Source: Eledone cirrhosa (taxonomy: Eukaryota). From it: a stretch of DNA of 64,000 nucleotides. The translations under genes and the position numbers were made by a program. Positions 48,888-63,900 of the stretch are shown here, piece by piece; position 1 is the first letter of the stretch; each line of letters starts with the position of its first letter. The DNA lies in NCBI GenBank assembly GCA_964016885.1, contig OZ024743.1:151156001-151220000 (forward strand), given 5' to 3'. The notes under the pieces were generated by a model. The model was given only the letters and a program-made list of their open reading frames with translations, was not told the DNA's origin and did not search any database.

Positions 48888-50882
48888 TTGAGAATGTAAT
48901 AATGAGAATGAAATTGAATCCCTACATCTTTGATAAATGCACCACCAACTAACAGGCCACCTCCCTACAAGATAAGTAACTTGAAAAATTCAAAATAGAT
49001 ATTATTAAGCTCACATCACAGAGTGTTGATATTAAACAACACAATGAACAGTCCCAAACTCACAACATATTCAACAATGAAGCATGTCCTTGCAACACAC
49101 TTGTATATAGTAAATTCATTAGTGTCTCAACCCATGCAGACCTTATATATCACCAAAGGCCTCCAAGGACAGCTTCATTGGTAAGAGAAAATGCAGGCTC
49201 ATAATTCCAACACAAAGTGAAGTAAGTATGCACTTCAGCACTTCACACAGATACCATAAGATCTTGAACAAAAGTTGTTACGGTCAGTTCTAATTGTAAT
49301 ATGATTTTTATTACAATTTGCTGACCACAACCAAAAATTTATAAACACTAGACAAACAACCTAACCTGAAGACAATTACAAAGATATGACTAGGTGCCTT
49401 CTGAATGCAAAATACCTATATGCAGAGCAGATGTAGACTCTGTAGACCACATGATGAAAACACATCAGGTTGACTCAAAAAGATTGAGACAGGACATCCA
49501 TTTGTTTAGGTCAAGAAATAAGAGAAATGTATCATATTTTACAATATGTATTTTGTCTTCAGAAGACAGAAAGGGAACAGAACGATGATAAAATGGAATA
49601 CTGTTACAAAAGCAAAAGTATACAATATTTGGAGTAGTCATTGTCATCTATGTGCAACTGAAAAACTAAAAACTTGGGCTTTATCTGAGTACACCTAAAT
49701 TATGAAAGATGAAACCTTTTTGTCATGCTCCCATTTAAAAAAATTTAAATTCCAAACCTTCAAACAATCCTGGTACCAATGGATTTTAACTGTATACTGG
49801 CTGAAACCACAACCCACAGCCAGATAACAGGTAACATAAGATTTGACATGAAAGAAGTCATTCCAAAATACCAATAACCTATTGACAAGTACAGTCACTA
49901 TCCTCCTAGTAAAATCATAGTTTTTTCTTGTTCATTATAAATACACACACATATATATATACATACACACACAACTAAATCACATATGTAAAAGTATTGT
50001 GTGTGCCTACTCTACACATGCTAGCTTTGTTCAGAAAATTTGATGTTCAAGTGGATTTAATTTTATACTAAATGGTTTCAAACTTCCAAGTTCTCTCTAT
50101 GATGTTAGCACCATATCTTTTATCAAAGCTGGTTAAATCAAATAATGTATCTTGTCTTGGAGCAAAATGCAATACTCATGACAGAATATGTACATATGAT
50201 GCTGAGAAGACCAGCACTATAACTACTGGCTAAAACAGCTATTGTTATTAACCGAATTCTTAAAGTACATGTTTTTCCATACACACTCCACTTTCTTTTT
50301 TTTCTAAACCTGAATTGAAAGAGTATTGATCTAACATAAGAGGCACAATTTTACAGGGGTAATTTTGTTTAGAGCTGTGAAATATGTAAGAAACAGTTTT
50401 TCAAAGAACACAACAAGATTTATCTTTATGTCTTACATTTGATCAATATTTATTTGAATATACTTGTGAACAATAACTCATAGAATTAAGGGAGAGACAC
50501 ATGCATAAACATTCTACAATCAATTTTGTTCAAGTGTATAAGGAATGGAATTAATGATTCCATTAATATGTTTTTGGAATTTCAGACTGTACACCATTAA
50601 ATGGATGGGGACAATTCTGAACACTGAAAGTTGATAAAAAATATTAAGGATTTCTTCAAATTGAAAAAAAAGAAACCTATTTACAAATCCTGTTTTTTCG
50701 ATGTAGTTTTTTCACAATAGTCATTATGCAGATATTTCCATTATTTCCCCCCTCATGTTTATTGATATAGATGAACACACACGCACATATTCACACATAC
50801 ATAAAATGGCGATTGTATAATTATTGTCATATTCAATATTCATAGTATCTCTAAATATTGTCTTAGCATTATGCTACATAAA

Positions 50883-51058
50883 GGCGGTGGATTAGCAGTA
50901 TCGGTAGAGGGTTGGACGCCATGCTTTGATGCATAGAGTTATGGCCCTTGCCATTCTGAGTTCAAATCCCACCAAGGTTAACTTTGCCTTTCATCCTTAC
51001 GGGGTCGAAGAAATAAAGTACCACTAATGCACTGGGTAATTGCTGGCCTTGTGAAACA
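50883..51058 (+). mobile_element. Same SINE family, 15-bp TSD ATTATGCTACATAAA, small deletion near the 3' end
   Basis: TSD at 50868-50882 and 51059-51073. Confidence 0.9.
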
Positions 51059-53698
51059 ATTATGCTACATAAAAAAAAAAAGTTTGAAAAAACAAACCAA
51101 TTGATATATTTGTCTGCTTCTCACACAGTAATATAAGAAATTTTACAAAAATCTGGGGACTACTCTCATATGAAGAACAAAAGATATACTTTCTGTTATA
51201 TATAAGGATGTGTTAAAATATGTAAGTTAATAGGCTTAATATTTCAATGACATCTAAGAAAAAAAAATCAAATATTTGTTTAGGATCTAGAGATATTTTA
51301 TCCTGAATATACAGGATAGTGATGTGGAGATAAAAATACAAAGAGAATATCATGCTTTATTGGTAAATACATGGACATTGTTTTCTAACATGTGTACTAC
51401 TTAACATAGCTAGAGGAAACAACACTGTTGGAAGGTACCAAATATCAGCCAGATCTCTTATAAACAACTGATGAAGGAAATGTTCCACAGAATTAGTTTT
51501 AAATATATGATTATAAGAGCAGGTAAAAGATGGGGGAGGAAGATACAAAAGTAGAATCTGAAAGAGATAATATCAAAGGAACTTTTCAAGCTAAACACTT
51601 CCTAATCAGTATTCACAATTAAGATATCAGAAGACATGTATACTTTCTACTATTTCTATACTCTTTTGATAGTTTACTAGAAGTTTTTAATACTTCAGTA
51701 ACCATAAAAGTAATCTTTGTATACATTTCTCAATCAACATTTAAACTAAATAGGACATACATAAATAAATCCAAGCAATTGTTCAAATAATCAGAAGTTT
51801 CCATTAATTATTGCATGGGAAAATGCATGAAAGGATTTCAGAAAATGATTCATGATTAGGGAAAATCATTCAATGTTTGGAGTGTATATTTGTCATATGC
51901 TTTACTACATTAAAACTACACGACACAAAACAGTAAATAGTGATGTTTGAAAGACTGAGTACAAAAGCAAGTAGGTATGTAAAACAAAATCAATACACTG
52001 GTATTTTGGCATGTTGTGTACATCGCACAAAACTCCCACCTTTACAAAAGCTTAAACAAAAAACAACATTCAAGAAAATTATTTCATCTGGTGTTTTTGT
52101 TCACATCCAATACACAGAGTGGATGGACATAGATGCTGTGAAACTGAATAGAGAAAATACGGTCAGTATTCAGGTGGTCCTTTGAAGAAATCAACATTAC
52201 TAGTGTGTCATCAATTCCAAACCCACAAAATAGTAGCAGCAAAATAAAAGTTAGAGTAATTAAAAACTAAATAAGCAGTTGTTCCCAATGGTTTAAGATT
52301 GCAGTTATAACCATTATATATTTCAAACAAGTCATTCAAATATTTTATATGGGAACAGTGGAAAATGATTGCTATGAATTTAGTAAACCCCAATAGTACA
52401 ACTGAAATTACCTACTATTGTAGGTACAAAAGTAAAGGAATTCATTGTAGAAAGGTCTGAGAATAAAAACATGTAGAATTAATAATGTGATGGATGGCAC
52501 CAAAGATGAACTTCTCTATAAAGTAGCAATGCTTTAGAAACACCTAGTGGTAGCAACTGACATAGAAACCAGTAGCAATTGACAGACTGTAAACTAAACA
52601 ATGTTAATCCATCTGTGACTCTTGAGGAACATATTTTGTAGCAAAGATTAACCTTAAAATAGAGAAGCAAAGAAAATCTTTTTATTATCACTTTCCTTTA
52701 AACACATATTCACTCCTCCTCAGAATGTAATGGAGTTTAATGAGCCCCACTGATCTCTACACAATATAGAATGAAGAACAGTGGGGTACACAGGTACTTA
52801 CGACTTGGTAATATTTCTAAAATGCCTGCATAGCTAACTGGAATGCAGACAAGCCCTATAGACAGCATGAAGTCATTGGGCAGGTAGCAGTTTACTAAAT
52901 TTGGTTAATATGCAACTATTTCATCCTAAATTAGACATTCTTAAAAAATAAATCTTTGATAATATGTTCATAAATCATTAAAAACTTTTTTCTATTCTAA
53001 ACCCATGCTAGCGTGGAAGATAGACATTAAACGATGATGATGATACCTTACTAACTATAAGTTGCATCTTATACATCATAGTAGCAGCTACTCTCCGTAT
53101 CACTGTACATCCCCGGCCCTACTCTCTCCAAGGTTACAAGTGTTGAGAGGGCTCTTAGTTGTGTCAGAGGCACAACTACTCAAATTGTGATGAACTGCAT
53201 GATAAATTACCACCCAGTACACTCTGTAAAGTGGTTGGTGGTAGGAAGGGCATTTATCCATAGAAAACAAGCTTAACAAAGGGCTGAGAAAACTACAGCT
53301 ATGCCTAAGACATGACAACTTCCCTACTGTTGGTGGCATGATGAAATGTACTTGGCAGAGCGCAAGATTGTATGTCAGGCCCACAGCCCACCTGTAGGAA
53401 AAAGGCTTCATATGAGTATTGTGACATGTCCAACCTTTGCTAGCAGGAAAAAAACAGATGTTAAACAATGATGATAATTATATCTATCTATCTAAATATA
53501 TATATATATATATATATATGTATAGAACACATGAGCAAGATGTAGATCTCCTGACAATTTGTTCAACCCATGCCGGAATGGAAAATGGATAAAAATCATG
53601 ATGATGGTATAATAAACTAATTTTAAAATCTCTAGAATTTGACATTTTGAAAATGATATACATGGAAAAGATGAAATGCTTGTAGAAATAGTTCAAAT

Positions 53699-53923
53699 AT
53701 ATCCTCTAATAATTGTTTCTACTTTAGGCACAAGGCCAGCAATTACCCAGTGCATTACTGGTACTTTATTTTATCGACCCCATAAGGATGAAAGGCAAAG
53801 TCAATATCCTCTAATAATTGTTTCTACTTTAGGCACAAGGCCAGCAATTACCCAGTGCATTACTGGTACTTTATTTTATCGACCCCATAAGGATGAAAGG
53901 CAAAGTCAATATCCTCTAATAAT
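53699..53923 (-). repeat. Exact 105-bp tandem duplication of a 5'-truncated SINE plus its TSD
   Basis: ATATCCTCTAATAAT at 53699, 53804 and 53909 separates two identical 90-bp SINE 3' halves. Confidence 0.9.
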
Positions 53924-54727
53924 GTTAACGTATCACAATGAAACAAATGAAATAGAACTAATCTAGTACGGTGAAAAGTCTAATAGTTACCTGTTCAGTA
54001 ACATAGCCTAAATGTGTAATTTTCTAACAATGGCATTAACAGTATATATTGAATAACATGATTTTAACAAAATAAAGTCTTATATTGCATTTTTTAAACT
54101 TACAAAATGATACCAAACAATACAATTCTTATTTTCAACAAATTCTTTAAAAATATAGTTTCTCTTTGAAACGATAAGGTAAATTATAGCTTATTTTCCA
54201 CAAAAACTCAACTGTTTTATTAGTGTAAATACAACTATTCATTATTTTCTTTCTTCCACAGCTTGAAGGATATTTACCTTATTGTACCTGCTTCTGACAA
54301 GACTCCTTTGTTAGATATAGATCAAATTACCTGTACAACAAAAGGATTTAGGGAATTGGACTTTAAAGTAGTTTATATCTATTCTAGGATTACAGTTATA
54401 TACCTTACAATTGTAATGAGTCCTAAAATAGTTTATTAGAGCTAGCTGACTTCATTCTCCAATATCACGCACTACAAGACAATCTAGTTATACAGAAATA
54501 GTGCAATGACAATAGGCATCTGTATATTCTCAATAGCTTTGTAAATGACTTCTACTGAAGTTGTTTAACAAGCCAATTTCTCACTTAACTTACCTAACTC
54601 CTATTCAATTTACCAAATTTAGAATATATCTGAAGGTTTCATATTAGTAGTATTATACAAGCACATGCAAACAAACTTCTGAAGATAATCATGATGGTAA
54701 TGAGCAATTATTATTATATTATTTTGA

Positions 54728-54756
54728 GTAGTAGTAGCAGTAGAAGTAGTAGTAGT

Positions 54757-54787
<31 letters not shown>

Positions 54788-54840
54788 TACTAGAAGCAGT
54801 AGTAGCATTAGGAGCAACTCTAACAGTAGCAAGAGTAGAA
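54728..54840. repeat. (AGT)n/(AGC)n trinucleotide repeat
   Basis: Direct reading. Confidence 0.9.
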
Positions 54841-55240
54841 ACAGAATAATTAAAATATAAAACAAAAATTTCCAATTTTCTTCTAAAACAATAATTTCAT
54901 AGTCACTTCATAGTCACTTTATTATTTATTAGACTAATATTTTGGGTAAAAATGTAATGTTAGAATACACATCCTGAAATGAAAAACATTTTTTTTTGGT
55001 CATTGCAAAATTTTCATACAAGATCAAAATAATTTAAATTGCAATTTAAGAATAAAGAAATCACAATACATCAAATAAGGAAAATAATATATCATAAACA
55101 CAGAAATAAAACACAATACATAGGAAATTCTTAATTCAGAATTTAGTAAAAAATTTATGTTTCAATAACAAAACTGATCATTATTATATTTTTTGAAGTT
55201 TAACAAAAACAAAGAAAACAAATTCAAGAAAAGATAAAGC

Positions 55241-55457
55241 TTAAACCTTTAGCCATATCCAGCCAGAATTCTCTCACCTCTTTCTGTTCAAACTGGCTGG
55301 AACCGGCCGCTCATACCGACATTAAAGTATTGTTCTCAAAATAAATAATATCAAAATCTTGTAGATTCAATATTATGTGAGATAATTATTTGAAATAAAG
55401 GCTTTACTGCAAAAATACAATAGTAAATATAGAGTAATATAAATGCTAAAGGGTTAA
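55241..55457. mobile_element. piggyBac-like MITE, same family in opposite orientation
   Basis: TTAAACCTTTAGC ... TAAATGCTAAAGGGTTAA; internal TCTGTTCAAACTGGC is shared with the reverse complement of 17738-17752. Confidence 0.6.
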
Positions 55458-56288
55458 CCTGAATAAAATTTGACTAACAACCAGCATGTAGCAACAACTG
55501 TTTCCCCACGTCATATTCATGCTCTCTCCTTTTTCAACCTCATGGACACTGTTTCCCTTCTATTCACATTTATTGTCATGCTTGACTTGAATGAACAGAA
55601 ATACTATTGAAAAGTAAAGATTCTTTAAATTGATGGGACAAAAGGCAAATTCAGCAGTGTTGGTACCATGACGGAATGTACCCAGTACACCAAGTGGTTA
55701 GTGATTGAACAGAAACAATGTATAATAAAAATAACTTTTCAGTCCATGGTGCTGGCGCCATGATAAAATGCACTTAGTACACTTTGTAAAGGGCCAGCTG
55801 GAGAAACCATGCCTAAAGAGAACATGCATGAAACGTGTGGTTCTTCAATCTACCGAGGAGGGTATTAACTCTAAATGAGAACAGCCTTGGACATTAACCT
55901 GTCAAACCCATACCAGCATGGGAAGTAGGTGTAAAATGACAAGAATATTTATTTTGTGTCATTAATAGCTAAGCTATTAAAATTATTAGTAGCAATAAAT
56001 AGGGAAATTTGATGGCATGAGGGTTTGGGACAAAATGCCTTGCACATCTGTTTATCATTTTTCAGGTACTAACAAAAATAAATACAAATACTAGAGTCAG
56101 TTCAATCAATTACACCCTTCCTCCAAAAGTTGTGGCCTGTGCTAAAGTTATACATCATTATTTAAAGGTATTTTAGTAGTAAAGAGATTGTATATATATA
56201 AAGATAGAAATTCATGAAGAAGAATGTTCCAACTTATAATATGAGTTTGAATATATTAAACATGATAATATTGTTTATATATTAACTA

Positions 56289-56472
56289 TCTATATACTAC
56301 TAAAACTCTGTCGTTGTGTGCATGTCTGTAATTTAATGCAGCCAAAACGACGCATAATGGGAAAATACTTTGAAAGGAAGTTACCCCGGAAATGGGAATA
56401 CAAATGGAATAAAACAAGTTTTGCGTAAATTGGAGTACAGATTCCCAAGATTCGGGGTATCCGGGTACCTTC
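56289..56472 (+). mobile_element. Helitron-like non-autonomous element 5' portion
   Basis: Begins A|TCTATATACTACTAAAACTCTGTCGTTGTGTGCATGTCTGT; CpG-richer than the flanks; no 3' CTRR end found. Confidence 0.45.
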
Positions 56473-56514
56473 ATAAATAGGTAGAGAGAAAGAGATAGTG
56501 GTTATGAGAGAGTA

Positions 56515-56645
56515 GATTGAAAGAAAGGCAGAGAGAGAGAGAGGAGGGCAGAGAGAGAGAGAGGGAAAGAGAGGGGAGAGAGAGAGAGAGAGGAGGGGAG
56601 AGAGAGAAAGAGAGGAGGGGAGAGAGAGAAAGAGAGAGAGAGAGA
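56515..56645. repeat. (GA)n polypurine tract
   Basis: Direct reading. Confidence 0.93.
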
Positions 56646-59600
56646 TGTATATAGCTGTAAAAATCATTTTTAAGTGAACATGACCCAATATGTCATGAGT
56701 GGTCTAGTATCATCTGAAATTCATTGCCTCTATGTGGTTACTCAACTTGTCAGAAATAGCAGTCAAATATTTTTCAAGTTATACCCTACCAGCTTAAATA
56801 AAAGGCATATTAGACAACGTAGTTCCTGATATACAAAAAAATGGGATGAAGCACCTTATTATTAGTATGCTTGACCTGACTTAACCTGGATTTAATGACA
56901 AGAGCAAATATCAACAACTTTAGGAAAGTTGTTGGTGAATTAAACTCATCTATACAATGGTTACTGTAAAATTAACCAATATGACTATATATGGCAATAG
57001 AGAAGTACTTCAGTACAGATTCTTATGAATGAGAATACTGATTTAATAAGTGGAAGAATAAGTAAATGAGGGAGCTAGAAATTTGGACTATCATCAAGGC
57101 ATAAATTCAATACTTTAGTATCATTTGTGACAAACTAAACCCCTTATATGATGCTTTTTTACACTTACAATAGAATTGGTAGCAATGAAGATGTTCTTAA
57201 AACTAAAAGAAGACACTTTTTATTAGAGAAAGAAAAGAAAATTAAATCTGTAGACTACAGCTCTCCTAAAATTAGCTGTTAACAATCTTTTAGATATAAA
57301 ATATATAATTATAGCTTCAAATCTTATATTATTTGTTTTCTTGAGAATAAGAAGCATTTTCTCCTACATACCAAAGAGAAGGGAACAAAATGTTTCTACA
57401 AGTAAATTAGAAAATATAAAAAGGAAAACTGTTTTTATTGATGTTAAATGTTTTTTTTTCCTTAAAGAACTACAATCAGTTTAACTGCTTTTCCTTTTGA
57501 TTATAAATACCTTTATTGAAACTCCAGAAGATTCTCATGTTTTCATGACTGATAAACAACATTTTGCAAAAGCCATTATGTATTATCAATAAATTAGTAT
57601 ACAAGTTATATATTATTATATCAAGGGATCTCTTTTTCTAGAACATGACAACATTGCAACTGAGATATGTCAACCATCTCAACTATAAATATATATTAGG
57701 ATTTGTAATACAATCTGTGCTATTTTTATGCATCGTTAAAATATGTCCTAGAAAACAAATAGCTAATTTTGACAGCACTTAAACAAGGAGAATATTTTCT
57801 AGTCCATAAAAGCCACAGTATAATGACAATATATTAAGAATGATATAAATATTCATCACTACTTCATATTTTTTTAGTATGGGTGCAGACAAATAAAGGA
57901 GCTATCTATCTGTTGTCAATATATATTCAGATGGTATTTCATGGTCCCATGGTCTTCTAGCAATTATTTTAAATTACCCAGCTAAATATTCACATGTTTT
58001 ATGCTTATAATAAATTTACACTCTAATAGCATAAAGAATGTTAAAGAAAGTTATAATACAATAGAAATTAAGGAAAATAGCATGGGTAACCTGCAATTTA
58101 CAACACACAGAAAATATATACCAGTTTAAATAAATGAAAATAAATCTAACACTTCTATTTGTGATTAGATGGCTAGATAAAAATGAGTAAAGTCAAGTGT
58201 TGTCATTAATAGTACAGTATTCACTGAGATGAAATGTATATTGGGTAAATATTTCCAAAGGAAATCTAATTATTCCATTTTTGATTATAAAACTTTGAAT
58301 ATTTTCCACTAAATTTATAACTTTGTCTTTCCTTATTTAAACATTACAACAAGAACTGTTTCTAAAACATCTATTTATTTGTTTGATGTCTACTATGGGT
58401 GATAGACATAACATGCTATCCAGTTTAACACCACTACATGATCCTTGAGTGTCTTAAGCAGAGTTCATTCTATCAACAGATAGAAAGATTCCAATGAAAT
58501 CTATGGTTTGAGGATACCTTCCTCTCTCCTTTCCACTAACCCTGTAGGCTCTGAAAAGCACCATGAGCACTGCCCTTTACTCCCTGACTAAACAACAAAT
58601 TTTAAACAAATCCAGGCAACCAATACTTAAAGTTAAATATTAAACTTTAAAGTATTTTGTCTTATAATGGTAAAACATTGTATGTTGCAATATGAAAGGA
58701 GAATGTTGGATAGAATGGCAATAATGGTCAATTAAGATTAATGAAATCAGGATACCACATATATTAGGATTAAATCACAAAATTAGCAGTGAAATTGGAC
58801 AAAATATGTCAATTTTAATTTTAGTTAAATTTGATCTGTTACCATTTTCTGACCTTCTATTCCCATTCAAATTTGTTTTCAAACCTATGAAACAACGTTC
58901 AAGCATATCAATTGCTGACACTAATATACTAATTCATCTCTTAATTCTCTTTTTCTTCATTTTGATGAGATTGGTTTGCTGTATATGTCAGAGATTAAAT
59001 CAGCTATTATCCATGCTGCTAAGTGATAATGGTGCTAACAAATGGCATATTCTTTAACATTTGCCAGTACCATTACTTTCTCTTTATATGCCAATGGTCA
59101 AAAACATCTATACTCATCACAACATTAGAATATATTATGTTAGAAATGAGTATAAATAATTCATTTAATCCTATATCTAAAGCTTAGATTCCATACCTCA
59201 TAGTTTAAGATAAACTTTATATGTAGGCTGAAAGTCTTTTCATTGTGAGTCTCTTTATTGTATGTTGCACATTATGATGCTTGTTTCAGTTTGTTTAGAT
59301 AAAAACCCTCTCATAGTTGCAGTTACATAGTAGCTATAGAAATACTTCTCCAAACAATCCATGTGTTATATCAAAATATGAAAGAAAAAAAAAGCTAAAC
59401 AAATACTTGATCACAGGAAAAATGTTTGAAAAAGAGTAAAAAGAAACCCAAAATCAAATGGATATAAGCATGAAAATAAAATATACATTATTCTTTTCAT
59501 TAAAGAGAATAGATTGTTGTAATGATTAACTAGTTGTGATGGGAGCTAGAAGATAGTTTTAGAAATGATGAGAATTGGAGAAAATACATATTTAGCTTAT

Positions 59601-60577
59601 AATTCCTCCCATTGATGTTGCTATTATGTTAACAACATAGGAATCTATCAATGACATGAATGGATTAGCTAGAAGATAATTTCAATAGCTACATAAATAC
59701 TACTCTGAAAAAGATTCTAATTGAACATTTGTATCTAATATTTAAAAATATTAGTCAGTTAATGTCTATCACCATAATATGGGAGCAAGCAGAAAAGGCC
59801 CATCAATACAGAGAAAGCTGTAAATATTCTTTTTCAAAGCAATGAATTGGCACAGTTATTTAAACATCAGATTAAATGCCTCACAGTATCTCTTCTTGAT
59901 TTATGCAACCTGAATTCACATATCTTTTTGAAGTCAATAAATAAAGTACCAGTGCAGGACAGTGAAATGGTGGAGTTGTTTGAGTGCTAGCATGATGTCT
60001 TTGTGATATCTATTTTGACTCTAAGCTACCTACAACATCATTAGTGCCAGATCTTGCCTTTCTTATGGACATGGTTGGTGGTGGGTGACTGCCAGTTTTC
60101 CAGGAAAAACCTTGGCCAGGCTTGTTCCTTGGGGAATAACATTCTAGGTGCAAATCACGGTCTCAGAAGACATTCTTTTTCACATAAATGTAACCCTTTA
60201 AACCCTTAGATTTATATTGCCCAGTTAATTACCAAGAGATATTTCATGATCAGGGAATATTATTATAAAAAGTAGATTAAAACTAGTTTATATATTAGCT
60301 AATTATAGAGAAAGAGAAGACCTCACATTTATTGTTTATTGATATATTTCATTAGGTGTTCAGTAATTTAATTGCTTTTTATAACAATTTAAAGCCTATA
60401 TATAAGCACAAAAGTAGACCTTCAAAGATATATTAATTTCTGCAACTTAACATTGTAAGGAATGATGTTCAGAACCATATGAGGACTATAAAACATTGAT
60501 AGTTATTAGATGTTTCAAATATCTTTAATTCTATACATTCACCTGCATATAATTGTGTGTTATCTATCATCCTTGTG

Positions 60578-60900
60578 AAGGCACATGGCTCAGTGGTTAG
60601 AGCATTGAGCTCACAATCATAAAGTTGTGAATTTGAATCCCAGACCAGGTGGTGCATTGTGTTCTTGAGCAAAACACTTTATTTCATGTTGCTCCAGTTC
60701 ACTTAGCTGTAGAAATGAGTCACAATGTCACTGGAGTGAAGCTGTAGCGGCAACTGCCTTTCCCTTGGACAACATCTTTGGCATGCATGGGCGACAGCTG
60801 GTCTACCACAAACACAACTCGCCCAGGTCTGTGCCTTGGTGGGTAGCTTTCTGGGTTCAAAACCATGATCATTTGTGATCAAAGGAGGCCTTCGATATCT
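60578..60900 (+). mobile_element. CORE-like tRNA SINE (same head, different 3' part); older related copies near 11750-11895(-), 27005-27160(+), 29820-30060(+)
   Basis: GGCACATGGCTCAGTGGTTAGAGC A box, TTCTTGAGCAAAACACTTTATTTC core. Confidence 0.75.
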
Positions 60901-63900
60901 ATCATCCTTCTTATGTTCTATCAATGCAGTTCATTAAGCCAGCCTGTTCTCACCTGCATACAAGTTGGTTGCAATTTCATCTAGTATCTCTATTTACTCA
61001 AACCAGAAATGGCAATATTTCTATATTCATATCAAGCCAAACTATCTATTTACATAAGGCAAACTATGAAATACATCTCCATTAATAAATATATTGTTAA
61101 ACATACCATTTAAAGGAGAGTTTAGGCATGAAATAAATAACATTTCTTTTGTGTAGATAAAATAATTACTATAATGAAATACATTGGTGTTTGTCTACAT
61201 CTTGTCTTTCTTTTCAAAATACAAATTTTCGATTACACTGTAGTTCTCCTCTTACAATGTTTCTTTATTCAAGGAAGTAAAATAATCGATTTAACACCTA
61301 CCACCTGTAAAAACTCCCATAGATTTCCTAGATTTCCAAATTTATCCTCTTATTTTCACAAATTGGTTTTGCAATACTCTAAAACTACTTCAAACAGCCT
61401 TTACTTGAAAAATATATTTATTTCTTGTATATATTTCTTGTATATGAATTTCTTGATAATATTTTCACAGAAATGCTGTCAATAATGAAATTTCTCCAGA
61501 AAAATTCTCCCAGTAAAAGAATGATTATATTCAGTTAATGTAGAATGTATTTGCAATCATCTTGAAAGAGAAACACTAAAGTGAAATAGGTAATCAAAAC
61601 ATAATAGACTTAAAACTTTTGACATTTGACACGATATATCATATACAAATATAGAAAAATAAGATTTTCACTTATGGAAAAGTTAGTCATTAATTTGTTC
61701 TACAAATGTTTCTTGAGAGATAATCTGCAATCTTAGTTTCTTAGTGTCGTTCGAATCAATATCATTAGTCTATATACAAATTTCATTGTTACTTTGCTCC
61801 AACCATGTTTTGCTTTAAAAATGATTTGTTTTATGATGTTTCAGTATTGATAAATAATTTCTACAATACATTGATTGCTTGTGAGAACAGTGTGTGAGTG
61901 TAAGTGTGTGTGCATTTAATATGTTACTGTCAAGCCCCAGGTCAGACCTGATTGATTCTTTTGTTTATTCACACAGTTTATACTAAACTACATTATACAA
62001 TATGCCCAATTTTTTTTAAAGAATGTGAAGTACGATTGTTGAGAGATTTGGCTGCTACTTCTAGCAGGTTAAATGCTCACATTTAGGTTCTCTCATTAGT
62101 TTATGTGTTTGTACCTATTAATTAGGGATACAACACAAAATTAACATAATTAATACCTGAAGCAATTCCTGTGAAAGTAGAACTACTAGAAAAAGGCAAG
62201 CCAAGAAACTATAAACTAGTAGAAATATATAACTATAATAGAAAAAATAAATATCAGTCTCATATGCAAAGATTAAGCCGTATGTGGAGTGTGTGTAGTA
62301 GTAACATCTGCAATTTATGTAAGATCCGTAGTGGCTGGAAGGAATGTACTGAGTAAAATGTTTAGGATTTTAAATATTAATGTATGATGACGACACCAAT
62401 GAGTGAATAGGAAGCAGCTGTATTAATATAGGCATTTAATAGAAATGGACAACATGTACCAGTTAAAAGTGTGTTCCGCCAAAGTGACATCAGAATTAAG
62501 ATGTATGGAGATAAGTTAACAGAGGAGAGTAGACTGTGTTAGATCTAGATAAAGGAAACATAAGAGGGAGTGGTTACATCAGAATTAAGAATGTTGAGCC
62601 TCCTATATAAGGTGATGCAGAATTGAGATGTATGGAAATAAGCAGTATTATAGATCTTTCCAGTTCATCATAGAGCTATGGAAGATAACGATGATGATGA
62701 AAAGATTGCATATTTTGTTTTCAATCTATATTCACATCTGGATACATAGGAACTGGATAAATGACTTTATTTTTACTTAAAAGATTTCATGCCAAGAATA
62801 ATTATTAGATAGTTATTTCCCTAAGTATATCGATTCATATTAATCCAACATTCCGTTTCTCCAAAGTAATGTTACCTGTTCAACTAAGCCATTGCAAATA
62901 TATAGTGATTATTAAAATACTGCCAATAAAAGATGTTCGTATGTTGGATGTAAACTTCAGTATTAATTTTGTCAATGTTATGACACATTTTTCTCTTCAT
63001 TTTAGAACAATTTAGATTTGGATTGAGTGCTTTGTAAACTTTAGATATTTAGCTTTTCCAGTTAGATTTTTACATATTTTCTTTTAACAGAAAATATATC
63101 ATGACGAATATATTTTTATCAGTTTATTTATAAACAGCATTTATTTATAAATAATATGCAACTGGATATATTCTATGAAAGATAATCTTTTTTGGGGAGC
63201 AACTTCTTTACATCAATTGAAAGAAAAGGTAATATTAAGTTTTGAAGTTTTTATTGATCGTAGTCATTCTAGAATCCCCAAAATAGGAATAATAAAAAAA
63301 AAAATCATAACAGTGGTTTGCAGAAACTAGCACACTTGAGCTAAGAATTATATACAACTAATACTGTAAATGAAAGCAGCTCAGGATTCTCCAGATCTCT
63401 TCAAGGAACTATTTAGACACAAAACAGTTATATTTAAAATGCTGTTCCTAAATGTGACAAAAATATTAAAAAGATATATGATAGTAAAATATGCTGTCTT
63501 TCTAAGATGACTGCTGTCCAGAAATATAAAATATCAGCCGACTTCAGCAAACTCTCTTAGAAATGTAAAATAACCCTTTCTTATATCAAATTCCTCGTGA
63601 TTACAAGATAAACCAATAGTTCCCTATAGTTATATTTATAACTATTTTCTCTAAAATTTGATTCTAAAATAATTTGAAAAATGATATAGAGATGAAAAAC
63701 ACACTGGGCATACACCTAAAGCTTAATTTAAACAATATTACAAATGAATGTATTTAACAGACAATATTGTATAACACATGATGAGCTTACAGTTATTTAT
63801 CTTTACTGAGTGGAATTATAGGAAAGTCAAAAAAATATCATGTAGTTATTTCCATAGAAGTATTTAACAGCTTACATAATAAGAGAAACAAAAGAAAAGG

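Noticed and set aside
48900-49700. Possible Penelope RT/GIY-YIG remnant
   Set aside because: Only vague compositional resemblance; I could not read diagnostic motifs.
53699-53923. CRISPR-like repeat-spacer pattern
   Set aside because: The spacers are identical SINE halves and the repeats are TSDs; eukaryotic context with no cas genes.
56290-56688. 132-aa S/L-rich ORF
   Set aside because: Translation of the (CT)n strand of a GA microsatellite plus repeat sequence.
62150-62195. CTGAAGC...GAAAGTAGAACTACTA hammerhead-like motif
   Set aside because: Non-canonical core and no stem I.
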